Positions 1 through 10,142 of a stretch of DNA of 64,000 bases are shown in pieces (the stretch's first letter is position 1; each line of letters begins with the position of its first letter). Source of the DNA: Rickettsiales bacterium (GTDB lineage Bacteria > Pseudomonadota > Alphaproteobacteria > Rickettsiales > UBA1997); the NCBI GenBank assembly GCA_947442475.1, contig CANEVP010000004.1:2409-66408 (forward strand), read 5' to 3'. Both the position numbers and the translations under genes were made by a program. Below the pieces are notes generated by a model. It made no database searches, was not told where the DNA came from, and worked only from the letters and a program-made list of their open reading frames with translations.

Positions 1-93
1 GCAGAAGAAAAAAAATCGGATAAAAAAGAGAAGTAGGTTCTCCAAGCAACTAGAGCCAACAAATTACAAACATTAGCAAATACGGTTATTTTA

Positions 94-1242
94 ATGAAAA
101 TCTTTTACCAACTCATCTTCGTAGTTTTTGTGGCGATTGCGCCACAGTTACGCGCCGCTGAGCTCGATCAGTCTTTGCAAGATGCGCAATTTTATTTTTT
201 GATTGACGCTGATACCAAAGAAGTTTTGCTCGCAAAAAATCCTGACGTGCGAATTCCGCCATCTTCAATGACCAAAATGATGACGGCTTACGTAGTTTTT
301 GACCAAATAAAAAAAGGTCGCATCAGCTTGAATAACCAATGTTTAATCGGCAAAGATGCTTGGCGCAAATCGGGTTCTAGCATGTTTCTAAACTATGGCG
401 ACGTGGTGAGTATTGAAGAATTATTGCGCGGGCTTTTGGCAATTTCTGGCAATGATGCTGCGGTAGCCCTTGCCGAAAGCACTGGAAATGGCATCGATAA
501 TTTTGTTGCCATGATGAATGACAAGGCGCAAGAAATTGGTTTGAAAAATAGCCGCTTTCAAAACCCTCACGGCCTTTACGATCCAAATCATTACATGAGT
601 GTGCGTGACCTTGGTACGCTTGGGGTGAGCATCTATCAAAATCTGCCGCAATATTTGCCTTATTTTGGTATTTCTGAATTTACTTATCGTTACATTAAGC
701 AATATAATCACAACCCGCTAATCTTGAGTCAGTATGATGGGGTGATTGGTGGTAAGACTGGTTTTACTAACCAAGGTGGCTACGGCGTAACCAATATTGT
801 GAAGCATGATAATCGCACTTTGGTTGCAGTGGTTAATAGGTCTAAGACTCCCAAGCTTAGAGCTTCAGCAATTGCGGCGCTAATGGATTACGGCTTTGAA
901 AATTACAAAAAAATTACACTATTTGAAAAAGGTCAAATAGTGACAAGTCTAAAAACTTGGCTCGGTGAAAAATCAGCAGTAAGTGTTTCAACAAAAGAGC
1001 AAGTTTCTTTCAACCTGCCGCGCGAAAAACCACTCGATTCTGTTAAGGTAAAAGTAAAATATAAAAACCCACTTTACACCCCAATTGCTAAGGGTGAACA
1101 GGTTGCAACCATGTATGTGGAAGTGGCGGGATATCGTGATTTTGAATATCCTCTTTTTGCCGAGGAACCAATTGACAAGGCGGGTTATTTCAAAAGAATA
1201 AATCAAATTTTGCGCTACAAATTTAGTAACATCCTTCAATAA
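94..1242 (+). CDS. D-alanyl-D-alanine carboxypeptidase (low-MW PBP, S11 family)
   Basis: N-terminal signal peptide. SxxK (SMTK), SxN (SGND) and KTG (KTGFT) penicillin-binding motifs occur in the canonical order. Confidence 0.9.
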   Translation: MKIFYQLIFVVFVAIAPQLRAAELDQSLQDAQFYFLIDADTKEVLLAKNPDVRIPPSSMTKMMTAYVVFDQIKKGRISLNNQCLIGKDAWRKSGSSMFLNYGDVVSIEELLRGLLAISGNDAAVALAESTGNGIDNFVAMMNDKAQEIGLKNSRFQNPHGLYDPNHYMSVRDLGTLGVSIYQNLPQYLPYFGISEFTYRYIKQYNHNPLILSQYDGVIGGKTGFTNQGGYGVTNIVKHDNRTLVAVVNRSKTPKLRASAIAALMDYGFENYKKITLFEKGQIVTSLKTWLGEKSAVSVSTKEQVSFNLPREKPLDSVKVKVKYKNPLYTPIAKGEQVATMYVEVAGYRDFEYPLFAEEPIDKAGYFKRINQILRYKFSNILQ

Positions 1243-1255
1243 AATTTTAAAAAAA

Positions 1256-1570
1256 ATGGACATCAAATTGCTCATGCGCCAAGCGCAAGAAATGCAGAAA
1301 AAAATGCAAAAGGTTCAAGAAGAATTAGCTAATTCTTCTTACGAAGGCGCTTCTGGCGGCGGTGTAGTTAAGGTTACAATTACGGGTGCTGGTATTGCTC
1401 AAAAAATTTTCATCGATCCGTCTTTAATGGAGAAAGATGAAAAAGAAATTCTCGAAGATTTGATTATTGCCGCTTTCAACGATGCTAAGAAAAAAGCTGA
1501 TGACAGCTCTAGCGATTCAGTGCGGGTCGCTACTAACGGCATGCCTCTTCCTCCAGGATTTAAGCTTTAA
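1256..1570 (+). CDS. ybaB: YbaB/EbfC family nucleoid-associated protein
   Basis: 104 aa. Has the M-Q-K-rich N-terminal helix (MRQAQEMQKKMQKVQEEL) followed by GGGVVKVTITG, typical of YbaB. Confidence 0.85.
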   Translation: MDIKLLMRQAQEMQKKMQKVQEELANSSYEGASGGGVVKVTITGAGIAQKIFIDPSLMEKDEKEILEDLIIAAFNDAKKKADDSSSDSVRVATNGMPLPPGFKL

Positions 1571-1575
1571 AAAAT

Positions 1576-2205
1576 ATGAAAGTTAAGCTTTGCGGTTTCA
1601 CAGAAATTGCTTCAGTGCAAACCGCAATTGCCCAAAAATGCGATTTTATTGGTTTTATTTTTTACGATAAATCGCCGCGCTACATAACTTTAGAAAAGGC
1701 TGTAGAAATTTCTAAAAATATCCCAAAAAACATTGCTAGAGTAGCGGTGGTAGTTGATGTGGACTTTGAATTTTTAACCGAAATCGCCCAAAAATTTGCG
1801 CCCGATTTTTTTCAATTTCATGGAAAAGAAAGTAGCGATTTCTTAAAAAAATCTCGGCAAAAATTTCCGCAAATAAAAATTATCAAAGCTTTCTCAATCG
1901 AAGGTGAGATAGATTTGGTGCAGGTGAAAAATTTTGAAGATTGTGCCGATTTTTTTCTGTTCGACGGCAAAAATGCTGGCAGTGGTAAAAAATTTGATTG
2001 GAAAGTTTTGCAGAATTTTCACAGCAAAAAAGACTGGTTTTTATCCGGTGGTTTAAATGCGCAAAATATAGAAGAAGCCCTGAAAGCAAATGCTGCTAAC
2101 ATGGTAGATATTTCATCGGGAATCGAAAAGATCCGTGGCCAAAAATCACCAGAATTAATTGAAGAACTTATGAAAAAAATCCTCGAGCAACAAACAGTAA
2201 AATAA
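1576..2205 (+). CDS. trpF: N-(5'-phosphoribosyl)anthranilate isomerase
   Basis: MKVKLCGFT start, FIGFIF..SPRY, and a C-terminal LSGGL...VDISSGIE pattern typical of TrpF TIM barrels. Confidence 0.85.
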   Translation: MKVKLCGFTEIASVQTAIAQKCDFIGFIFYDKSPRYITLEKAVEISKNIPKNIARVAVVVDVDFEFLTEIAQKFAPDFFQFHGKESSDFLKKSRQKFPQIKIIKAFSIEGEIDLVQVKNFEDCADFFLFDGKNAGSGKKFDWKVLQNFHSKKDWFLSGGLNAQNIEEALKANAANMVDISSGIEKIRGQKSPELIEELMKKILEQQTVK

Positions 2206-2208
2206 TTT

Positions 2209-4173
2209 ATGCTCTTAAAAGTCAGAAACTTTCTCTTCGGAAATCCGCGCGATATTTTCGATAAAAAAACTCGCGAGAGTATTTCCTTGGTAGCGTTTTT
2301 GGCTTGGGTGGGACTTGGCGCCGACGGTATTTCATCTTCTTGCTATGGTCCAGAAGAAGCGTTTTTAGCACTGGGAACTCACAGTGAATTGGCGGTTTAT
2401 TTGGCAATCGCAACCGCTCTAACAGTCTTTATTATTTCTTACGCCTACACTCAAGTAATCGAACTTTTCCCTAATGGCGGCGGCGGTTACCGAGTGGCTA
2501 CTAGGCTACTTGGAAAGCACGCCGGACTGGTATCTGGCTCAGCTCTTATCATCGATTACGTTTTGACAATTTCGATTTCAATTGCTTGCGGCATTGATGC
2601 GATTTTCAGTTTTTTGCCGGCAGAATATCACGGCATCAAATTATTTCTGGCGATATTGATGGTGGGATTTCTTGCCATACTAAATTTGCGCGGCATGAAA
2701 GAATCGATCAAATTTTTATTTCCGATCTTTCTTGGCTTCATCATAACGCACTTCATTTTGTTAGTTTACGGCATCGTGGCTCATAATTATGGACTTGCCA
2801 AGCTAGTGCCACAAGCGGTTGCCGAAACTAAAGAGATTAAAGATTCAATGGGTTGGGTTTTTATTTTCTCACTTTTCCTTAAAGCATTCTCAATGGGAGG
2901 AGGCACTTACACTGGTTTGGAAGCAGTATCTAACAATGTAAATACACTTTCTGAGCCGCGAGTGCGCACCGCAAAATTGACAATGTTTTTAGTTGCGATC
3001 TCGCTCGCCTTCATGGCGGCGGGCATTATTTTGCTCTACTTACTGTGGGGTGTAAATAAAGTTGAAGGGCAAACCTTAAACGCCACCACTTTTTATATTC
3101 TTACCGAAACTTGGAATTACGGTGGTATCGAATGGGGCAAATTCATTGTGCCAATCACTCTAATGCTTGAAGCTGGCCTTCTAATTGTTGCGGCTAATTC
3201 TGGATTTTTAGCTGGTCCAAATGTGGTGGCAAATATGGCGAGCGACGAATGGATGCCAAAATCTTTCAGCTCACTTTCAAGTCGTCTGGTGGTAAAAAAC
3301 GGCATTCTCTTCATGGCAATTGCAGCGATTGCAACCTTGCTCATAACTGGTGGTTCGGTTCATATGCTGGTGGTGCTTTATTCGATCAACGTATTCATCA
3401 CCTTCTCTCTGTCGCTTTTGGGGTTAAGCATTTACTGGATTCGCAACCGCAGAAGAAAAGGCCGCTGGAAAAGCCGACTCACCATTTCGGTAACTGGTTT
3501 TATTTTATGTTTTGGAATTTTGCTGGTGACAGTTTTTGAAAAATTTTACGAAGGCGGTTGGGTGACATTGCTGATTACTTCGGTTTTTGTCGCAATTGGT
3601 CTGTGGGTCAAAGGCATGTATCGCAAACTCAAACTACGCTTGATGCAAAAGGAAATGCAATTTTATGGTTACGACGATATTGTGCCAAGTATTGATCCGA
3701 CAATTGGCTCAAATAAAGCGTCGCCAACTGCGGCAATTATTGTCGATCAAACTTTTGGCAGTGGTATGAATTGTTTGCTTGAAATCAAAAAACTTTTCCC
3801 CGGCATTTTTCAGAATTTTATTTTTGTGACAGTTGGCGAGGTTGACTCTAACACTTTCCGCGAAGAAAGAAAATGGCGCGAGATGCGCAGAAAAACCAAA
3901 GCGACTTTGCATAAATATCGTAATTACTGCAACGCTAACGGCCGCTTCGCTAAATCATATGTTGGCTACAGCACGGATATTGTTGAGAAATTGACTCAAC
4001 TTACAGATCGCGTCGCAAAAGATTATCCAAATGCGGTGTTTTTTGGCACTAAATTTATTTTCGATAACGAGAATATTTTTACTCAAATTCTTTACAACCA
4101 CGTGCCTTATATCATGCAAAGACGCTTGCATGTGAAGGGCTTGAACATGGTAATTTTGCCGATGAAGATCTAA
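2209..4173 (+). CDS. APC-superfamily permease with C-terminal cytoplasmic domain
   Basis: About 12 predicted hydrophobic helices in the first 450 aa or so. APC-like N-terminus (GLGADGISSSCYGPEE), then a roughly 200-aa soluble tail. Confidence 0.7.
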   Translation: MLLKVRNFLFGNPRDIFDKKTRESISLVAFLAWVGLGADGISSSCYGPEEAFLALGTHSELAVYLAIATALTVFIISYAYTQVIELFPNGGGGYRVATRLLGKHAGLVSGSALIIDYVLTISISIACGIDAIFSFLPAEYHGIKLFLAILMVGFLAILNLRGMKESIKFLFPIFLGFIITHFILLVYGIVAHNYGLAKLVPQAVAETKEIKDSMGWVFIFSLFLKAFSMGGGTYTGLEAVSNNVNTLSEPRVRTAKLTMFLVAISLAFMAAGIILLYLLWGVNKVEGQTLNATTFYILTETWNYGGIEWGKFIVPITLMLEAGLLIVAANSGFLAGPNVVANMASDEWMPKSFSSLSSRLVVKNGILFMAIAAIATLLITGGSVHMLVVLYSINVFITFSLSLLGLSIYWIRNRRRKGRWKSRLTISVTGFILCFGILLVTVFEKFYEGGWVTLLITSVFVAIGLWVKGMYRKLKLRLMQKEMQFYGYDDIVPSIDPTIGSNKASPTAAIIVDQTFGSGMNCLLEIKKLFPGIFQNFIFVTVGEVDSNTFREERKWREMRRKTKATLHKYRNYCNANGRFAKSYVGYSTDIVEKLTQLTDRVAKDYPNAVFFGTKFIFDNENIFTQILYNHVPYIMQRRLHVKGLNMVILPMKI

Positions 4174-4176
4174 AAA

Positions 4177-4419
4177 TTATCTTTCTAACGGATCTTTCTT
4201 CGGCCCAATTTTTGCTGAAGGAGATTTCACCAAAGCAGAAGGAATCAGGCTTTCCATCATAATCATCGCATTCAAAAACTCACTTTTTCTGGCGATATTT
4301 ATAACCGCTTCTTTCGAGTGATTGTGGATTGGGTCTTCATGGGTTTTGAAATTTCTGGCTAAGTTAAGCTCAATTTGGTCTCGGCAATCCACATCAGAGA
4401 TTTTATAAAAAAGCGCCAT
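4177..4419 (-). CDS. hypothetical protein (80 aa)
   Basis: The only ORF in an otherwise unassigned gap. No recognisable motif. Confidence 0.3.
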   Translation of the reverse strand: MALFYKISDVDCRDQIELNLARNFKTHEDPIHNHSKEAVINIARKSEFLNAMIMMESLIPSALVKSPSAKIGPKKDPLER

Positions 4420-4483
4420 GGTTCTAATAAACCGCTACTCTTAGCGAAATTAAGAAGTGTTGAAAAGCCACCGCTAAGTTTCA

Positions 4484-4696
4484 TTAAATTTGGCAAGTAA
4501 CACTCAATAGAATAGCTGGCATCTTGGCTACGGTATAAAGGCTTGAAAGGCCGGGGTAATCTTCATTTTTTAAGCTTTCTCGAAATAAATTTTGTCGCCC
4601 CTGAAAGCTAATGGTGGCAAAATTAACAGCCTTTTCTAAATCTTGAGAATTTGCTTCGGCTGCTGTTTTACTTATTTTACTTACTCCGCCGCCCAT
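4484..4696 (-). CDS. hypothetical protein (70 aa)
   Basis: The ORF starts 2 nt downstream of the ratA-like stop on the same strand. No recognisable motif. Confidence 0.25.
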   Translation of the reverse strand: MGGGVSKISKTAAEANSQDLEKAVNFATISFQGRQNLFRESLKNEDYPGLSSLYTVAKMPAILLSVTCQI

Positions 4697-4698
4697 TT

Positions 4699-5148
4699 TT
4701 AACCCACAAAAGTTGTTTTAGCTCTTTCTTCAAAAGCCAGCATCATTTTCTCAGCTGCTTTTTCAAAGATCGTGCCGATCATTTTGGTAAGAAAAATCGA
4801 GTTAAATTCAAACTCAATAAAAAATTCCACCTGACATCTGCCATCTTCTAAATCACGAAATTTCCACTGATTTACCAGTTTTTTAAATGGTCCTTCAATC
4901 GCCACCACATCAATAAAATGTCTGCCGTCATTGCTTCGGCCATGTTTTACATCAGAGCGATATTTCTCAAAAAAACTTTTAAAATTAATTAACAAATCAG
5001 CGCGCAAATTATCGGCAGAAATTTTTTCAACAATTTTTGCCTGCTTGCACCAAGGCAAAAATTCTGGATATTTTTCAATATCCATCACCAGCGATTGCAT
5101 TTGATCTGCAGAATAGGGAAGTGTCTTTAATTGAGTAAGGGATGGCAT
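4699..5148 (-). CDS. SRPBCC-fold protein, RatA/COQ10-like
   Basis: 149 aa with a polyketide-cyclase/START-like pattern (YPEFLPWC, FIEFEF). Abuts the phhB-like gene. Confidence 0.75.
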   Translation of the reverse strand: MPSLTQLKTLPYSADQMQSLVMDIEKYPEFLPWCKQAKIVEKISADNLRADLLINFKSFFEKYRSDVKHGRSNDGRHFIDVVAIEGPFKKLVNQWKFRDLEDGRCQVEFFIEFEFNSIFLTKMIGTIFEKAAEKMMLAFEERAKTTFVG

Positions 5149-5475
5149 TTAGACGATTTGGTCAATTTTAGCAGCAAGGATAAAATCATTCTCGCACAAG
5201 CCGTTAATCTTGTGAGTTTGAATTGAAATTTTGCAATAGCCCCAGCTGAAATCGATATTTGGATGATGCTGTTCATCTTCGGCAATTGCGGCGATTTTAT
5301 TTACAAATGCCAGTGCTGATAAAAAATTTTCAAAAGTAAAATCCTTGAAAAGCCATTTGTTATTATTGGCCATTTTCCAGCCATCAAGCTTTGCCAAATG
5401 GGCTTCTGCAGTATTGCGATCAAAGGCAGTTAAATCGCCTGCGCAGGCCGAACATTTTTTTTGAGCGAGTGTCAT
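5149..5475 (-). CDS. phhB: 4a-hydroxytetrahydrobiopterin (pterin-4a-carbinolamine) dehydratase
   Basis: 108 aa with the signature E.E.HHPNI...W and the ...I.L.TH pattern. Confidence 0.85.
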   Translation of the reverse strand: MTLAQKKCSACAGDLTAFDRNTAEAHLAKLDGWKMANNNKWLFKDFTFENFLSALAFVNKIAAIAEDEQHHPNIDFSWGYCKISIQTHKINGLCENDFILAAKIDQIV

Positions 5476-5478
5476 TTT

Positions 5479-6837
5479 TTAAAATTTAAAATTTTTTATT
5501 TCTTCCGATCCTATCATTTCTTGCATTTTTTTCGGATCCATTTTGCCAAATTTTCCCATCATTTTTTGCATCTGCTTATATTTTTTCATCAGGCGATTAA
5601 CCTCTTGAATTGTGCTGCCAGCGCCTTTGGCGATGCGGTGTTTGCGCGATGAACTTAAGAGATCAGGGTTTTGTCTTTCGCATTTTGTCATCGATAAAAT
5701 CAGCGCTTCTTGCAGTTTTATTTCGCCTTCAAGGCCGCTCATTTTTCCTAGCTGCTCTTTCAATTTTCCGGCACCGGGCAAGAGATTTAGAATGTTGCCA
5801 AGGCCACCCATTTTTTTCATGCCGCGAATTTGTGACAGCAAATCGTCAAAATCAAATTTGCCTTTTTGCATTTTTTTTGCTGCTTTTTCCATTTCACCGA
5901 CATCAAAAACTTCCTGCGCTTTTTCAACCAAAGACACCACGTCGCCCATGCCGATAATGCGTGAAGCGATGCGCTCTGGGTTGAATTCATCGAGCTCGTC
6001 TGACTTTTCACCAACGCCGATAAATTTAATTGGGCAGTTGGTTGCAGCTTTCATGGTCAGCGCCGCGCCACCCCGAGAATCGCCATCCAAACGGGTTAAA
6101 ATTGTGCCGGTTAATTGCAGTTTTTCGTTAAAGTTTTTTGCCACATTTACCGCATCTTGACCAATCATGGCGTCAACCACCAGCAAGATTTCTGTAGGTT
6201 CCACCGCGTTTTGAATTTCTACCAACTCACGCATCATTTCGTCATTAATGTGAGTGCGTCCTGCGGTGTCTAAAATTAGAACTTCATAGCCGCCATCAAT
6301 GGCTTTTTGTTTGGCTTTTTTGGCGAGAAATAATGGTTTTTTGTCGGCATCAAATTCGTCAAACTCAACTCCAACTCTTTGGGCAAGAATTTTTAATTGC
6401 TCAGCTGCTGCTGGTCTGTAAGTGTCGAGAGAGGCGACTAAAACTTTTTTGTGATTTTTATTTTTAAAACGCAGCGCCAATTTGCCCGAAGTGGTGGTTT
6501 TTCCAGCGCCCTGCAAACCAACCATTAAAATAATTACCGGAGGTTTGCTGTTAAAATTAATCTCAGCTTTGGTTTCGCCAAGTAACTTCACCAATTCATC
6601 ATGGACGATTTTGACGATCATTTGCCCCGGCGAAACGCTTTTTATCACCTGTTGGCCCAAGCTTTCAGCTTTGACTTTCTCAATAAAATCTTTGGCGATT
6701 GGCAGTGAAACATCAGCTTCTAAGAGCGCGATGCGAATCTCGCGCATAGTTGAGGCAAGATCATCTTCGGAAACAAATTTTTTGCCGGAAATGCTGTCGA
6801 AAATTTTAGTAATTTTTCCTGAGAAATTATCGAACAT
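5479..6837 (-). CDS. ffh: signal recognition particle protein Ffh
   Basis: NG domain with GLQGAGKTTT, DTAGR and TRLDGDSRGGAAL. Met-rich M domain at the C-terminus. Confidence 0.97.
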   Translation of the reverse strand: MFDNFSGKITKIFDSISGKKFVSEDDLASTMREIRIALLEADVSLPIAKDFIEKVKAESLGQQVIKSVSPGQMIVKIVHDELVKLLGETKAEINFNSKPPVIILMVGLQGAGKTTTSGKLALRFKNKNHKKVLVASLDTYRPAAAEQLKILAQRVGVEFDEFDADKKPLFLAKKAKQKAIDGGYEVLILDTAGRTHINDEMMRELVEIQNAVEPTEILLVVDAMIGQDAVNVAKNFNEKLQLTGTILTRLDGDSRGGAALTMKAATNCPIKFIGVGEKSDELDEFNPERIASRIIGMGDVVSLVEKAQEVFDVGEMEKAAKKMQKGKFDFDDLLSQIRGMKKMGGLGNILNLLPGAGKLKEQLGKMSGLEGEIKLQEALILSMTKCERQNPDLLSSSRKHRIAKGAGSTIQEVNRLMKKYKQMQKMMGKFGKMDPKKMQEMIGSEEIKNFKF

Positions 6838-7231
6838 CGAAAATATTTTTTATGTTTTGGGGAATTTTGCTTGGCTTAAAGAGATCGGCAGAAACGCAGA
6901 CAATTTCGACATTTAAACGCGACAAAATTTTGTCAGATTTTTTGATTTTTTGAAACATCATAATTGATGCGGCGCGTACTTCTTTCACCTCAACTGAAAC
7001 TTCTATAAGATCATCAAGTCTTGCTGGAGTAAGGTAGTCAATCTCGCATCTTCTCACCACAAAAACTAAATTTTCTTTTTGAGCCAATTCAGATTGTGAA
7101 ACTTGCAAATGTCGCAAAAAGTCGGTGCGAGCGCGTTCAAAAAATTTTAAATAATTAGCATAATAAACCACGCCGCCAGCGTCGGTGTCTTCGTAGTAAA
7201 TGCGATACTTGGCAAAAAAATTATTCGACAT
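6827..7231 (-). CDS. ybgC: YbgC/4HBT-family acyl-CoA thioesterase
   Basis: YYEDTDAGGVVYYANYLKFFERAR hot-dog thioesterase motif. The start was moved to the internal Met (MSNNFF) because the longer ORF reaching 7273 would overlap queD by 53 nt. Confidence 0.8.
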   Translation of the reverse strand: MSNNFFAKYRIYYEDTDAGGVVYYANYLKFFERARTDFLRHLQVSQSELAQKENLVFVVRRCEIDYLTPARLDDLIEVSVEVKEVRAASIMMFQKIKKSDKILSRLNVEIVCVSADLFKPSKIPQNIKNIFDVR

Positions 7232-7640
7232 TGGTGTAACAATTCGGTGTTTCGTAAAGCTTAATCGCCACACATTTTACATTTTTTTTAGCAAAAAGTT
7301 TTGGGCAAATTTCAGCAAAAATATACTGCGCGATATTTTCGGCAGTTGGGTTTTCTTTGATGTAGTAAATTTTTTGGCCGGTTTCAGAAGCAATTTTATC
7401 GCCCAACTTTTGATCGTGAATCGATAAGATTGTGTTGTGATCCAAATTATCATCAATCCAAGCGCCAAGCACTTCGCGAATTTCGCCAAAATCAATCACG
7501 CGACCTAATTCATCTAGCTTAGTTGCAGCAAAGCTGGCCTCTAAAGCGTAGCGATGGCCGTGCAACATTTTGCATTTGCTTTCGTGATTCATGATGCGGT
7601 GAGCGGCGTCAAATTCGATGCGTCTGGTGCAAGTTATCAT
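7221..7640 (-). CDS. queD: 6-carboxy-5,6,7,8-tetrahydropterin synthase (QueD/PTPS family)
   Basis: FDAAHRI, the Cx3HGH motif (CKMLHGH) and the size (139 aa) fit QueD. Confidence 0.85.
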   Translation of the reverse strand: MITCTRRIEFDAAHRIMNHESKCKMLHGHRYALEASFAATKLDELGRVIDFGEIREVLGAWIDDNLDHNTILSIHDQKLGDKIASETGQKIYYIKENPTAENIAQYIFAEICPKLFAKKNVKCVAIKLYETPNCYTNVE

Positions 7641-7721
7641 TTTAAAAATTGATTTTTGTTTTCGAAAATATGGAAATATTTTTTAAGGCCTAGAGCCACA
7701 ATTATCAACCTTCTTTAAGCC

Positions 7722-8045
7722 ATGAGAGAAATCTTAGAAAAAATAAAATTTGATCAAAACGGATTAATTCCGGCAATCGCTCAGGAAGCAAAAACTGGTG
7801 AAGTTTTAATGATGGCTTGGATGAATGAAGAAAGTTTGCGCCTTACTCTTTCAAGCGGATATGCTACTTATTTTTCGCGCTCGAGAAATTCGCTGTGGAA
7901 AAAAGGCGACACGTCGGGGCATTTTCAGAAAATAATTTCGATCAAAACTGACTGTGATTTTGATTCTATTTTGCTGACTGTCGAACAAACAGGAGTCGCT
8001 TGTCACACCGGAGTTAAAAGCTGTTTCTTTAATGATATTTTATGA
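7722..8045 (+). CDS. hisI: phosphoribosyl-AMP cyclohydrolase
   Basis: 107 aa with [30 protein letters not shown] and ACHTG..SCF motifs. Confidence 0.85.
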   Translation: MREILEKIKFDQNGLIPAIAQEAKTGEVLMMAWMNEESLRLTLSSGYATYFSRSRNSLWKKGDTSGHFQKIISIKTDCDFDSILLTVEQTGVACHTGVKSCFFNDIL

Positions 8046-9157
8046 ATCTAACTTGGATTGAGATCAGCAAATCAGCGCTAAAAAATAACGTAGCGCAAAT
8101 CAAAAAACGCCTAAGAAAAAACACTAAATACATGGCGGTAGTAAAATCTAACTCCTACGGACACGGGCTTTTAAATGTGGTTGGTGTAATCAAAAATAAT
8201 GTTGATGCTTTTGCGGTTTATGATTTTGGTGACGCGCTTTTTTTAAGAAAAAATAAAATTACCAAACCGATTCTAATTTTGGGGCGCTTGTTTGCAGAGC
8301 AGTTCGCACTAGCGATTAAAAATAACATCGAACTGTCAGTTTCAAATTTAGATATTTTAGAAAATGCTCAAAAAATCTCTGGCAAAAAAAAGCTGATAAT
8401 CCATCTCTGCGTTGATACTGGCCTTGGTCGCGATGGTTTTATTTTAAGTGATATGAAGAAAGTTTTGCCTCTTTTGCAAAACCCAAAAATTGAAGTGCGA
8501 GGTCTTTACACCCACTTCGCATCCGCAGATGACAGTGCTTTTGATGATTACAGCAAAAAACAAATTGATGAATTATTAATCTGGAAAAAAGCTTTAGCAG
8601 CAATTGGTTTGAAGCCCTTGGTTCATGCTAGTGCGACTGCTGGAATATTTTTGTCGGAATTTGAAAGCCATTTTGATTTAGTCAGAATTGGCATTGGAAA
8701 TTACGGATTATGGCCATCAAACGAAGTTGAAAAAAGATGCGCCAAACAAACAAAATTAATTCCTGTCTTAGCGTGGAAGGCTATGGTTGTTGAGTTGAAA
8801 GCCTTGCCAAAAGGCCGCCACATTTCTTACGGCTGCAGTTTTACTTTGCAGCGCGACTCAAAAATTGCCATTTTGCCAGTTGGATATTTTGACGGAATTT
8901 CTCGCGTAAGCTCAAAAAAAAGCTGGGTTATAATCAATAAAATCAAGGTTCCACAGCTTGGACGCGTGACGATGAATATGATTATAATTGATGTAACTGA
9001 TGTGAAAAAAATTAAAGTGGGAGATATCGCAACCTTGATTGGCGCTGATGGAAAAGAGGTTGTGAGTGCGCAGAATTGGGGTGATTGGTCGGGGACTTCT
9101 AACTACGAAATTGTTACAAGATTGAGCGCCAGCTTAGTGCGCAAAGTGGTTAGCTAA
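8042..9157 (+). CDS. alr: alanine racemase
   Basis: PLP-lysine motif [12 protein letters not shown]-terminal beta domain with YG and an MNMIIIDV-type pattern. ATGA overlap with hisI. Confidence 0.92.
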   Translation: MNLTWIEISKSALKNNVAQIKKRLRKNTKYMAVVKSNSYGHGLLNVVGVIKNNVDAFAVYDFGDALFLRKNKITKPILILGRLFAEQFALAIKNNIELSVSNLDILENAQKISGKKKLIIHLCVDTGLGRDGFILSDMKKVLPLLQNPKIEVRGLYTHFASADDSAFDDYSKKQIDELLIWKKALAAIGLKPLVHASATAGIFLSEFESHFDLVRIGIGNYGLWPSNEVEKRCAKQTKLIPVLAWKAMVVELKALPKGRHISYGCSFTLQRDSKIAILPVGYFDGISRVSSKKSWVIINKIKVPQLGRVTMNMIIIDVTDVKKIKVGDIATLIGADGKEVVSAQNWGDWSGTSNYEIVTRLSASLVRKVVS

Positions 9158-9235
9158 AGTTTCGGGGCAACATTAATTAGCGAATGGGTAAATTATAAAC
9201 CTATGCTTTGAGCCCTTTGCCGTTGATGTCGCCCC

Positions 9236-10141
9236 TTAGATGAACTCTGGCAAAGCAGTTTCAATTTTCAAACTCTTTCCAAAGTAATTTTCTATCTCAA
9301 TTTTTTTCGCATGCAAACACAGGCGTTTGCAGATGTCTTTTCTCACTACATCTTTTCCGCCGTATTTCATGTCGTTAATGACGGGATGTCCCATTTCTTT
9401 GCAGTGAACTCTGATTTGGTGGGTGCGTCCCGTTAGGGGGTTAAGTTCAAGCAAAGCGTGATCGCCGAAATTTTTTAACATTCTAAATTCGGTAATTGCT
9501 TCTTTGCCGTCAGTAAAATCGGGACGCACTTTTTCGTTTTTGCCGGTGAGCTGCTTGCGTAGCGGAATATTAATTACGCCGTTAGTTTTTTTGCATTCGC
9601 CATTAACCAGCGCCAGATAAGTCTTCTTGATGGCTTTGTTTTTGAAGGCGTCGGTAAAAAATTCGGCAGCTTTAGAATTTTTGGCAATCAACAAAATGCC
9701 GCTAGTGTCTTTGTCGAGCCTGTGAACTAGCTGTAATTTTTGGCCCACAGGATTATTTGGTGCTAAATTTTGCGCTGTTAAAAAATCATCAACTGAAATA
9801 TCAATTAAGCTGCCGCCTTGAGTGGCAAGACCCGATGGCTTGTTAATTGCAATTAAACGCTCATCTTCAAATACAATCCAACTGGCAAATTTTTTTAATT
9901 TTTCTGGCGAAATGTTTGGTTTTTTCTTTTCGGTTTTAGTGCGATTTTGCAAATCAGTAAAAATTTCAATCTGGTCGCCATCTTCTGTTTTGTAGGCTGC
10001 GTCGGTTCTTGCGCCATTTACTTTAATTTTTTTTTCGCGAATTACTTTTTGGGCAAGGCCAAAAGAAATATCGAATTTTTTGCAGAGAAATTTATCAAGG
10101 CGCAAACCCGCCATATCAGGATTTACTTGGATCAAAGCCAT
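9236..10141 (-). CDS. RluA-family (RluC/RluD-type) rRNA pseudouridine synthase
   Basis: N-terminal S4 domain (RLDKFL...VNG) and the catalytic motif HRLDKDTSGILLIAK. Confidence 0.9.
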   Translation of the reverse strand: MALIQVNPDMAGLRLDKFLCKKFDISFGLAQKVIREKKIKVNGARTDAAYKTEDGDQIEIFTDLQNRTKTEKKKPNISPEKLKKFASWIVFEDERLIAINKPSGLATQGGSLIDISVDDFLTAQNLAPNNPVGQKLQLVHRLDKDTSGILLIAKNSKAAEFFTDAFKNKAIKKTYLALVNGECKKTNGVINIPLRKQLTGKNEKVRPDFTDGKEAITEFRMLKNFGDHALLELNPLTGRTHQIRVHCKEMGHPVINDMKYGGKDVVRKDICKRLCLHAKKIEIENYFGKSLKIETALPEFI

Positions 10142-10142
10142 C

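Noticed and set aside
1-36. 3' end of an upstream + strand ORF (…AEEKKSDKKEK-stop)
   Set aside because: Only 11 codons are visible, so it cannot be identified.
5610-6916. Long + strand ORFs (115, 182 and 144 aa) across the ffh region
   Set aside because: They lie entirely antisense to a strongly supported ffh gene, are low-complexity and Ser/Pro/Phe-rich, and carry no motifs. They are shadow ORFs.
9158-9235. Possible tRNA or small RNA between alr and the pseudouridine synthase gene
   Set aside because: Only an imperfect hairpin (ggggcaacat...gatgtcgcccc) is present, with no cloverleaf. It is most likely a bidirectional terminator of weak quality.
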